This document shows, piece by piece, positions 1 through 7,802 of a stretch of 33,972 nucleotides of DNA. Under the pieces are notes generated by a model, which was not told where the DNA came from, did not search any database, and was given only the letters and a program-made list of their open reading frames with translations. The stretch comes from a virus (lineage: Duplodnaviria > Caudoviricetes), in the IMG/VR virus record IMGVR_UViG_3300025277_000067, positions 1 through 33,972 of that record. One strand, 5' to 3'. The translations under genes were made by a program, and so were the position numbers. The stretch's first letter is position 1; every line of letters starts with the position of its first letter.

Positions 1-1
1 G

Positions 2-1879
2 GGTTCTGGCAATTTAGGCACAGCTTTAACGACCGGAACGGATAACGTCGCCATAGGTGAGGCCGCACTTGATGCGGTGACTTCTGGCTCGGACAACACC
101 GCTGTCGGTGATAACGCTTTAGGAGCAAACACCACTGCCAGTAATAACACAGCAGTTGGTTCATTGGCCTTAACAGCCAACACCACAGGTGCAGGAAATT
201 CGGCTCTAGGGGAGAGTTCTTTAGATGCCAATACTACAGGTTCTGATAATACTGCCATTGGTAAAGGCGCACTTGGAGCTAATACGACAGCGAGTAACAA
301 TACTGCGGTGGGCAAGGATGCGATGCTTGCAAATACTACAGGCACTGCCAATGTCGCTGTCGGCAAAGGGGCTTATATAACTGGCACTACCGGAAGTAAT
401 AATGTTGCTATCGGAGATGCTGCTTTATATGCAAACACAACGGCAGATGGCAATACTGCCATAGGTAAATCTGCACTGGTTGCCAACACCACAGGTGCTT
501 CTAACGTAGCTGTTGGCTATTTAGCATTAGACGCTAACACAACCGCAAATTATATAACTGCTGTTGGAGAAAAAGCACTAAGTGCAAACACAACTGGCGC
601 AAAAAACACTGCTCTTGGTAGAGCCACATTACAAGCAATTACTACGCAATCAAATAACACCGCAGTAGGTTATAACGCTTTGTCAGGTGGTAGTAATGCC
701 GCAAGTGACAACACCGCAGTGGGCATGGACGCATTAACCGCCAATACCACAGGCGCTAACAATGTAGCAGTCGGAGTAAGTGTTTTAGCGGCAAACACTA
801 CCGCAAGCCGCAACACTGCTGTGGGCAAGGATGCGATGATTGCAAACACCACAGGCGCAGAAAATGTTGCAGTGGGGGCGTTAGCCTTGGACGCGAATAC
901 AACAGGCAACCAAAATGTTGCTGTGGGGGACGCGGCCCTGAGTACCGCAACTACAGCGACAGCCAACACAATGGTAGGTAAGTCGGCAGGAACTGCGATT
1001 ACTACGGGCGCAGAAAACGTGGGAGTGGGGACTTCAGCAATGGCGGCTGCTACCACAGGCGGCAGCAATGTTGCAGTGGGCTATATAGCTCTAGACGCAA
1101 ATACCACCGGAAGTAACAATACTGCTGTGGGAAGGGAGGCTTTATCAGCAAACACGACCGCAAATAACAACACGGCAGTCGGGTATGTGTCCGGGTCATC
1201 GAACACAACTGGCGCTGGTAATGTCAGCGTAGGAGAATCTTCCTTAAAGACCAACACTGAGGGCGATAACAATGTTGGAGTTGGCAAGAACGCCTTAGAA
1301 GCCACCACAGGAGACAGCAATACTGGTGTGGGCAAAGATGCCGGAAAGTCTATTACATCAGGCGATAACAATCTTTGTTTGGGCAGGGATGCAGGAATTG
1401 CAAGCTCTCCGGGCGGTGCGGTTACTACAGGAAACAACCAAATTTGTCTTGGTGATGAAAACATCACTCATGCACATATTCAGGTAGATTGGACAGTTGC
1501 CTCTGATGGTAGAGATAAAACAGATATTTCAGAGTTGAATTCTGGATTGAGTTTTGTCAACCAACTGAAGCCTGTCACTTATCGTTGGGATAAGCGTAGT
1601 CACTATAGCAAGGATCAAGACATTGCTCCTGATGGGCAATACAAGAGTGAGCAGCTTGACGTTGGATTTCTTGCCCAAGATGTAAATGAACTGGAAAAAA
1701 ATTACGGATTCAGCAGCGAAGAAAAAAGTAATTTGATTTCCAGTCTCAGTAATGACGGGAAAATGTATGGGCTTAAATACAACAAATTTGTACCTATGCT
1801 GGTTAATGCTGTTCAAGAGCTATCGGCTGAAGTAGAGGATTTGAAAGCGCAGCCCAAATGTAAATGTCAAGGAGATTAA
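2..1879 (+). CDS. Tail fibre/adhesin, 5'-truncated, with 14-aa YadA-head-like repeats and a C-terminal intramolecular chaperone (peptidase S74-type) domain
   Basis: The frame is open from base 2 (GSGNLGTALTTGTDNVAIG...), so the track start at 77 is not the true start. About 30 repeats of NTAVGxxALxANTTG. Autocleavage-type motif SDGRDKTDI, then LKPVTYRW, GFLAQDV and Y..FVPMLVNAVQELS coiled coil. Confidence 0.88.
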   Translation, partial: GSGNLGTALTTGTDNVAIGEAALDAVTSGSDNTAVGDNALGANTTASNNTAVGSLALTANTTGAGNSALGESSLDANTTGSDNTAIGKGALGANTTASNNTAVGKDAMLANTTGTANVAVGKGAYITGTTGSNNVAIGDAALYANTTADGNTAIGKSALVANTTGASNVAVGYLALDANTTANYITAVGEKALSANTTGAKNTALGRATLQAITTQSNNTAVGYNALSGGSNAASDNTAVGMDALTANTTGANNVAVGVSVLAANTTASRNTAVGKDAMIANTTGAENVAVGALALDANTTGNQNVAVGDAALSTATTATANTMVGKSAGTAITTGAENVGVGTSAMAAATTGGSNVAVGYIALDANTTGSNNTAVGREALSANTTANNNTAVGYVSGSSNTTGAGNVSVGESSLKTNTEGDNNVGVGKNALEATTGDSNTGVGKDAGKSITSGDNNLCLGRDAGIASSPGGAVTTGNNQICLGDENITHAHIQVDWTVASDGRDKTDISELNSGLSFVNQLKPVTYRWDKRSHYSKDQDIAPDGQYKSEQLDVGFLAQDVNELEKNYGFSSEEKSNLISSLSNDGKMYGLKYNKFVPMLVNAVQELSAEVEDLKAQPKCKCQGD

Positions 1880-1880
1880 G

Positions 1881-2210
1881 ATGGCAGTAACGAAAACACT
1901 TACTTCCGCTGTACCTCACGTTAAGTCGAGCAAGGTGGAAAGGTGGGACTTGGAAATGACTTACGAGAACGACAGTGAAGGCGATTCGACGTACTACACC
2001 GGCACGTTTTCTACAAATGTTAATAATGTAGATGATGACGGCGCTACGGTCTTTGCTAAGAAGGCTAAAGGTAGCTGGACTAAATCCGAGCTAGAGGCGC
2101 TTTGTCCGACGAGCCATTGGGACGCGGTGTTTGCCAGTCAAGTGGACAGCGTGATTACCAGCCCACCGTCGAATCCTGTGCCAGATACAAGCTACACGAT
2201 TCCTAGCTAA
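1881..2210 (+). CDS. Hypothetical protein, possibly tail-fibre associated
   Basis: 109 aa with AAGGAG RBS, immediately after the fibre gene; stop overlaps the next start. Confidence 0.55.
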   Translation: MAVTKTLTSAVPHVKSSKVERWDLEMTYENDSEGDSTYYTGTFSTNVNNVDDDGATVFAKKAKGSWTKSELEALCPTSHWDAVFASQVDSVITSPPSNPVPDTSYTIPS

Positions 2211-2899
2211 TGGCTGAAGTAACGGTACATAACATGCCTAGTGTTTTTGTCATGGAGACAGAAATGCCTGAAAGCATGGTTAATGACCTAAATGACTACC
2301 TTGACGAGTACAGGGAAGACATAAATAAAAAGTCATTGGCCGATACTTTGGTGGGGCAAATAGCTCAGGGTGAGCAACTTCTTATCGACAATGATGATTC
2401 CAGAGTTAAAGAATACACAGAGTTTATAACTAGCCTTGGGGCTGATTATGTAAACTTTTTTTGTGAAAATACCGGAACACAGCTTAAATCACCAAAAGCC
2501 GTGTCGATTGATGAAACATGGTCAGTTCATAGTTACGAAGGCGACTACAACCCGATACACGACCACGGCACTAAAACAATTATGGGGATATCTACTACGG
2601 GCTGGACAAAAGTTCCCCAGCAAATATTAGATCAGCCGACTGCGGGGTCGCCCAATTATTCTCTGTATAACACTTCTGGTGATTGCGACGGCTATATAGC
2701 ATTTCAGTATGGGAGAAACGAGCTAATGAATACAGATAGGCTCAGACCTCCTCAGTCTTTTGTTATGAAACCAGAGGTAGGAAAACTTTTGGTCTTTCCA
2801 AGCTGGCTTCAGCACATGGTTTATCCTTTCAAGGGCGATGGAGAAAGAAGAACTATTGCCTCTAATTTAAATTGTTGGGATACCGACCTAGCGGCGTAG
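2210..2899 (+). CDS. Putative 2OG-Fe(II) oxygenase
   Basis: YNPIHDH (HxH), LLVFPSWLQHMVYPF (distal His) and ERRTIASN (2OG-binding Arg), typical of phage double-stranded beta-helix oxygenases. Confidence 0.8.
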   Translation: MAEVTVHNMPSVFVMETEMPESMVNDLNDYLDEYREDINKKSLADTLVGQIAQGEQLLIDNDDSRVKEYTEFITSLGADYVNFFCENTGTQLKSPKAVSIDETWSVHSYEGDYNPIHDHGTKTIMGISTTGWTKVPQQILDQPTAGSPNYSLYNTSGDCDGYIAFQYGRNELMNTDRLRPPQSFVMKPEVGKLLVFPSWLQHMVYPFKGDGERRTIASNLNCWDTDLAA

Positions 2900-2909
2900 G
2901 GAGAATAGT

Positions 2910-3098
2910 ATGTTATATGGTCTAAGAAAATGGTTTAAATCGACCTTCCTTGGTTTTGAAGAAAAAACAGTTCGTTCTAGAAACGACAAAGGTCAATATA
3001 GGGCAGACGATAAATCAACACCAAATATAAATGAAGCCTATAAAACAGTCCAAGTTAAAAGAAAGTCAAAAAAATCTAAACGTAAAAAAAGAAAGTAA
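2910..3098 (+). CDS. Small basic hypothetical protein
   Basis: 62 aa with GGGAG RBS, RSRNDKGQYRADDKSTPNINEAY core and Lys/Arg-rich tail; fills the gap between neighbours. Confidence 0.6.
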   Translation: MLYGLRKWFKSTFLGFEEKTVRSRNDKGQYRADDKSTPNINEAYKTVQVKRKSKKSKRKKRK

Positions 3099-3099
3099 C

Positions 3100-3525
3100 A
3101 TGTATGAGTATGCTTGTAAAGTTGACAGGGTTATAGACGGTGATACTTGTGATGTAACGCTTGATCTTGGGTTTAAAATTCTGCATAAATGCAGAGTTCG
3201 TTTATATGGAATAGATACTCCCGAGTCAAGAACCAGAAACAAAGATGAAAAGGCAAGGGGATTGTTAGCAAAAGCCTATCTTGTAGATGCCATTGAGTCT
3301 TCTAAGCATCATGTTGTAATACAAACAAAGTTAAAGGACTCCAAAGGAAAGTTTGGCAGAGTATTGGGAGATGTTGTTGTCGATGGGGTAAACATAAACA
3401 CTTCTATGATTAGAAATCATCATGCTGTGGCTTACTTTGGTCAAAGTAAGCAGGAAATCGAAGATGAGCATGAGGTTAACAGGGCTAAATTAATAGAGTT
3501 GGGAGTCTTTGTTCCAAATGGCTAA
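3100..3525 (+). CDS. Thermonuclease (SNase-like) family protein
   Basis: RVIDGDT, RVRLYGIDTPE and GKFGRVLG motifs. Start moved from 3031 to ATG 3100 (MYEY...), one base after the upstream stop. Confidence 0.88.
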   Translation: MYEYACKVDRVIDGDTCDVTLDLGFKILHKCRVRLYGIDTPESRTRNKDEKARGLLAKAYLVDAIESSKHHVVIQTKLKDSKGKFGRVLGDVVVDGVNINTSMIRNHHAVAYFGQSKQEIEDEHEVNRAKLIELGVFVPNG

Positions 3526-3532
3526 ATATTAG

Positions 3533-3826
3533 ATGGAAGTATTCAGCCTAATTACTGAATTAGGTCTACCTATTGCTTCTGGTCTAATTATGGGGTTCTT
3601 TATATTTTTAGTGATGAAGCAGTTGATGGATAATCTTGTTGGTGAGATAAAGACAATACAAGGGATATCAAAAATGCTTATCACAAGAGCATCTATTATG
3701 AATAATGATATTATTCGTATTGATACTAGCGTATCAAGTGCGCTCAATTTACCGCCAGATTTAGACCGTATAGCAAGAGCAGAAAATTTTGTAGAGGACG
3801 GAAAAATAGACGCTCGTAGAGACTAG
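3533..3826 (+). CDS. Small membrane protein (N-terminal TM helix plus coiled coil), paralog of the next gene
   Basis: ELGLPIASGLIMGFFIFLVMK hydrophobic segment followed by an amphipathic helix; resembles YvrJ/BhlA-like single-TM proteins. Confidence 0.6.
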   Translation: MEVFSLITELGLPIASGLIMGFFIFLVMKQLMDNLVGEIKTIQGISKMLITRASIMNNDIIRIDTSVSSALNLPPDLDRIARAENFVEDGKIDARRD

Positions 3827-4071
3827 TGGATATTGTACAGTTAGTTTCTGATTTTGGTTTTCCGGTAGTGATGGTAGTAGGTCTTGGCTATTTTGTTTAT
3901 TTTGTGTGGCAGACGATAACAAACAAGATAGACCCTGCTGTAGATGATATGAAAACAACGATTATTCGTCTTACAGATCAATTAAGGCTATTAGATCAAG
4001 ATATGATTAGGCTGAAGGAAAAAGTAAATACTGCTTTAGAGATAAAACAAGATCATGAAAAAAAGAGATAA
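3826..4071 (+). CDS. Small membrane protein (N-terminal TM helix plus coiled coil)
   Basis: DFGFPVVMVVGLGYFVYFVWQ TM segment. GTG start overlaps the previous stop (TAGTG); aligns without gaps to the upstream protein. Confidence 0.6.
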   Translation: MDIVQLVSDFGFPVVMVVGLGYFVYFVWQTITNKIDPAVDDMKTTIIRLTDQLRLLDQDMIRLKEKVNTALEIKQDHEKKR

Positions 4072-4528
4072 GATAATTTTAGTGACGTTTGTGCTAATCT
4101 CCCAAAACGTCTTCGCTGATCAAATAATACATCAGTTTAAAAATCCAAGTTTTAGTGGCATAGGAACATCATCTCATTACTTAACTATTGATGAACAAGA
4201 AAAAACCAGACGGGATGAGATAGTTGAAGACGTAGAGAGCGCACTAAAGGAAGCCGAAAGAGAGGCTGATAACACAACTCTCGCTAAGTTTTTAAGGAAT
4301 TTAGAGTCTAGAATATATTCTCAGCTTTCTAGAGATATAGCTGAATCCTTGTTTAATTCAGAGTCTGGTGGAACCGGAGGCAGTATAGTATTAGAAGGAA
4401 ACACCATTACGTTTGTAAATGATGGAGTAAATATCACCCTTACTGTCATTGATTCAGATGGAAATGTGACAGAGATAGTTATTCCTGTAGGTATATTCGG
4501 GATATGCACGGAAGACTGTGGAATTTAA
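4055..4528 (+). CDS. csgF: Curli assembly protein CsgF-like
   Basis: Signal peptide ending VFA, then the CsgF N-terminal motif HQFKNPSFSG; F..NLESRIYSQLS helix; C-terminal beta hairpins (ITLTVIDSDGNVTEIVIP); directly upstream of csgG. Confidence 0.85.
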   Translation: MKKRDKIILVTFVLISQNVFADQIIHQFKNPSFSGIGTSSHYLTIDEQEKTRRDEIVEDVESALKEAEREADNTTLAKFLRNLESRIYSQLSRDIAESLFNSESGGTGGSIVLEGNTITFVNDGVNITLTVIDSDGNVTEIVIPVGIFGICTEDCGI

Positions 4529-5346
4529 CATTTGTTGTTTTTATTTTTATAGTTCTAGAAGGATGTGCTTCGTATGCCCCTCTAGGCGCGACAGGTTGTA
4601 GCTCTTTATTAGAGTGCACCGAAGAGCCAAAACCATTAAGACCCACTCAGGAAAATCTTCTTAATCTTCCTATCCCAAAACAAAAAGCAGTAGTGGCTGT
4701 TTATAATTTTGATGATTTAACTGGTCAGAGAAAAAGCTCACAACAAATGGCTTTGTTCAGCACAGCCGTTACTCAAGGGGCAGATCAGTACTTAATCGAT
4801 GCCTTGAGGTCTGCTGGTAGTGGAAATTGGTTTGTTGTAGTTGAAAGGGCTGGTCTTGACGCCCTGACAAGAGAAAGGCAATTAATCAGGCAAACCAGAC
4901 AAACTTATGATGGAGAGGTAGGGAACACGCTGAAACCCTTGCTTTTTGCCGGTCTTTTATTTGAAGGTGGAATTATTCAGTATGATACCAATATAGAGAC
5001 AGGTGGAAACGGAGCAAGGTATTTAGGAATAGGCTCTAGTAATCAGTGGCGTAAGGATGAGATAACCGTATCTTTGAGGGTTGTTCTTGTACAGACTGGC
5101 GAAGTATTATTAAATACAATGGTGAGCAAAACTATTTTAAGTGCTGGTACTAGCAGGGATTTGTTTCGGTTTGTGGAGATGGGCACCGAACTTGTAGAAC
5201 TTGAGACAGGGCTTTCTCAAAATGAAGCAGTTGGGTACGCAACAAGAGCAGCTATAGAGGAATCTGTTTACCAAATAATAAAAAAGGGACTAGATCAAGA
5301 AATATGGGATTTTAATTACTCAGAATTGAAAGAGGAGGAAAGATGA
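4504..5346 (+). CDS. csgG: Curli secretion pore lipoprotein CsgG
   Basis: Lipobox VLEGC; AVYNFDDLTGQRK, FSTAVTQGA, WFVVVER.GL..L..ERQLIR, EGGIIQYDTN, TGGNGARYLGIG and VSLRVV.V.TGEVL motifs. Confidence 0.95.
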   Translation: MHGRLWNLTFVVFIFIVLEGCASYAPLGATGCSSLLECTEEPKPLRPTQENLLNLPIPKQKAVVAVYNFDDLTGQRKSSQQMALFSTAVTQGADQYLIDALRSAGSGNWFVVVERAGLDALTRERQLIRQTRQTYDGEVGNTLKPLLFAGLLFEGGIIQYDTNIETGGNGARYLGIGSSNQWRKDEITVSLRVVLVQTGEVLLNTMVSKTILSAGTSRDLFRFVEMGTELVELETGLSQNEAVGYATRAAIEESVYQIIKKGLDQEIWDFNYSELKEEER

Positions 5347-6026
5347 AAAATCTTCTAAAGATCTTATTGATTTTCGTTTCTCCGATAGTGTTTGGAGCAA
5401 ACAACGACATATACATAACTCAGTCAGGGACCGGGCTAACGCTAACAATCGACCAGATAGGCGATAGCAATGTTGTAGGTACATCTCAAACGAGAGCGAC
5501 GTTTACTGGCACAAGCATGACTGTAGATGTAGATCAAGTGGGCGACTCAAATACGCTGGCAGCATCGATAGCTCAGGGAAATAGCACCTCGTTTACTGTA
5601 ACAAGCACTGGCGATAGCAATGCTACTACTCTTGCGCTTGGGGCGACAGGCGATGTTGCTAATACAGATTTCGACTTGACCGAAACTGGAGACTCCAACG
5701 TAGTTGTTTTTACTCAGGGGGCAGCAGCAACGGCGACTGCGGGAAATCAGGATATAACCATTACCGGAACATCAAATAATATTAATGCTACTTGTGAAGT
5801 GGTTGGATGTATTAATAATTGGACGGTTGATGGCGATTCAAATGATATCGATACAACCCAGACCGGAAATGCCGATCACGAAATTACAGCCTCAATAACT
5901 GGAAATACGAACAATATCGATATAGATCAAACGAATAGTACAGGTAGCGTTTCTGGAGTAGTGGTCATAACATCGACTACGAGTAACGCCACTATTGATA
6001 TAGACCAATGCACCTCTGGCTGTTGA
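5343..6026 (+). CDS. Curlin-like secreted repeat protein 1 (CsgA/CsgB-like)
   Basis: Signal peptide, then repeated QxGxxN-type strands (IDQIGDSN, VDQVGDSN, TSTGDSN, TETGDSN, TVDGDSN); Thr/Asp/Asn/Gly-rich; follows csgG. Confidence 0.8.
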   Translation: MKNLLKILLIFVSPIVFGANNDIYITQSGTGLTLTIDQIGDSNVVGTSQTRATFTGTSMTVDVDQVGDSNTLAASIAQGNSTSFTVTSTGDSNATTLALGATGDVANTDFDLTETGDSNVVVFTQGAAATATAGNQDITITGTSNNINATCEVVGCINNWTVDGDSNDIDTTQTGNADHEITASITGNTNNIDIDQTNSTGSVSGVVVITSTTSNATIDIDQCTSGC

Positions 6027-7111
6027 TTTGTTTGGTATTTTTTTGTAATTCTGCGTATTCGCAGATAGGCAGAATCTCTGAATTAAGGGGCAATGGAGAG
6101 GTTTTACGGGAGAATCAGCAGGCTAGTTTGCCGGCAGAAGCTGAGCTCGGTATCTTGAGCTATGACGATGTGCGCACAGGGAACGGGCGAATCGGCATAG
6201 AGTTCCTAGACTCTAGCATTATTCGGCTTACTGAGCATTCTAAAATTGTTATTGATGAATATATCTATGACCCTGACCCCGATAAAGGCAAGCTCGCTCT
6301 TAACATGGCTTCAGGGACAGCGAGATTTATTACCGGGGCTTTGGGCAAGATCAATAAATCCCGTGTCTCTATCTCTACCCCAAGTGCCTCAATATTTATT
6401 AGAGGCACTGATTTTACGACCACAGTTGATGAGCTAGGACGCTCCTTGGTAATCCTTCTGCCAGACGCTGCTGGAAATTCATCTGGAGAAATTACAGTTG
6501 AAACTATGGCAGGCGTCGAGGTACTAAACCAGCCATATCAGGCAACAATGGTAAGCGTTGCCGAAAGCCCACCAACACAAGCCGTGCAATTAACTAACAT
6601 GTCATTAGCCTTTATAGATAATCTTCTTATCGTAAGTCCTCCAGAAGAAGTTCAACAAGCTATTGATGAGCAAGGCCAAAGTGCAAGTAACGTGCTAGAT
6701 GTAGACTTTCTTGAGGAAAACGACCTCGACGACGATGACGGACTTTCGGAAGACGAGCTACAAGATGAAATAACGCGGTTAGATGTCGACTTTTTATCTG
6801 TAGATTTTTTACAAGACTTGCTTGAAATGATGGAGGAAATTTCCGCAGGGAAAAAAGATCAAGCTGAAGAAGGCGAACTGGATGGAGTTCAGATAGAGGG
6901 AATTATTCCGGGATTCGACCAAGATGCACAGATGTACAGCTTTGTAGAAGGAGAGATCCTTGCGTTTTTCCGGCAGGTTGAAAACACTATTGATCTGGAG
7001 TTAGACAAGAATAATGCCTATAACCTGCAAATACTTTCTGCAGGAAAGCAGTTAAATATTGTGATTAACGGTGGAGGAGACAGTGAGATCATCATCAATC
7101 AGTCTGATTAG
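6008..7111 (+). CDS. Secreted FecR-domain protein with acidic linker
   Basis: Signal peptide; D.VRTGNG...I.F.DSS.IRLTEHS.I, G.ARFITG and ISTPSASIFIRGTDF FecR motifs; Asp/Glu-rich middle; beta-rich C-terminus. Confidence 0.85.
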   Translation: MHLWLLICLVFFCNSAYSQIGRISELRGNGEVLRENQQASLPAEAELGILSYDDVRTGNGRIGIEFLDSSIIRLTEHSKIVIDEYIYDPDPDKGKLALNMASGTARFITGALGKINKSRVSISTPSASIFIRGTDFTTTVDELGRSLVILLPDAAGNSSGEITVETMAGVEVLNQPYQATMVSVAESPPTQAVQLTNMSLAFIDNLLIVSPPEEVQQAIDEQGQSASNVLDVDFLEENDLDDDDGLSEDELQDEITRLDVDFLSVDFLQDLLEMMEEISAGKKDQAEEGELDGVQIEGIIPGFDQDAQMYSFVEGEILAFFRQVENTIDLELDKNNAYNLQILSAGKQLNIVINGGGDSEIIINQSD

Positions 7112-7802
7112 TTTTTTACTGATTTCTCAGTTGATATATGCATCAGACAATTCCGTAGAAGTGCGGACCAAGGGTAGTTCGTCATTAATACATATAGACC
7201 AGATAGGGACGTCTAATACGGCAAGAGTTTGGTGCGGATTGTCTGAAGGAAACTATACAACGCATAATTGTAATAATGCAGAAATTGATATAGATCAAAA
7301 TGGTACAAGTAATATTGCAAGAGCGTATAGTCAAGTAACTTTACATACAGGAAACGAATACAAAATAGAACAAACAGGCAATGATAATTTTGGATACATT
7401 GATGCCGATGATGATTTAAATGATATGGATGTTGTGCAAAACGGTGACAATAATGACGGAGAAATCTATATGCAGGGAGATGGGAATGTTTATAGTATTT
7501 CTCAAGATGGTGATGACAAGGAAGCCGAGATAAGGGCTTTTGGCAATTATTCTGATTTTAGTATAGATCAGTCAGGTAGCGGGGAGCATTACGCCAAAAT
7601 CTATGCAAGCGGCTATGCGGATAACAATGATGCTTCTATAACGCAAACTGGGAGTGGCGACCATTATATGAGGCTGAATTTCTATACGGATGACTACGAT
7701 GTGACTGCTAGTCAATCCGGAATTACCAATAAAAGTATTACAGTAAGTTACAACTGCGTCACTAATTGTAATAAAACAGTCACAATATCTCAGAGTGACT
7801 AG
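7083..7802 (+). CDS. Curlin-like secreted repeat protein 2
   Basis: Probable GTG start at 7083 after GGAGG; signal peptide; about 8 repeats (IDQIGTSN, IDQNGTSN, IEQTGNDN, VVQNGDNN, ISQDGDDK, IDQSGSGE, ITQTGSGD, ASQSGITN) mostly spaced ~22-26 aa. Confidence 0.82.
   Translation: MRSSSISLISFLLISQLIYASDNSVEVRTKGSSSLIHIDQIGTSNTARVWCGLSEGNYTTHNCNNAEIDIDQNGTSNIARAYSQVTLHTGNEYKIEQTGNDNFGYIDADDDLNDMDVVQNGDNNDGEIYMQGDGNVYSISQDGDDKEAEIRAFGNYSDFSIDQSGSGEHYAKIYASGYADNNDASITQTGSGDHYMRLNFYTDDYDVTASQSGITNKSITVSYNCVTNCNKTVTISQSD

Noticed and set aside
670-1816. Minus-strand ORFs 670-1068, 1081-1467 and 1529-1816
   Set aside because: Antisense shadows of the repetitive tail-fibre gene with no independent motifs.
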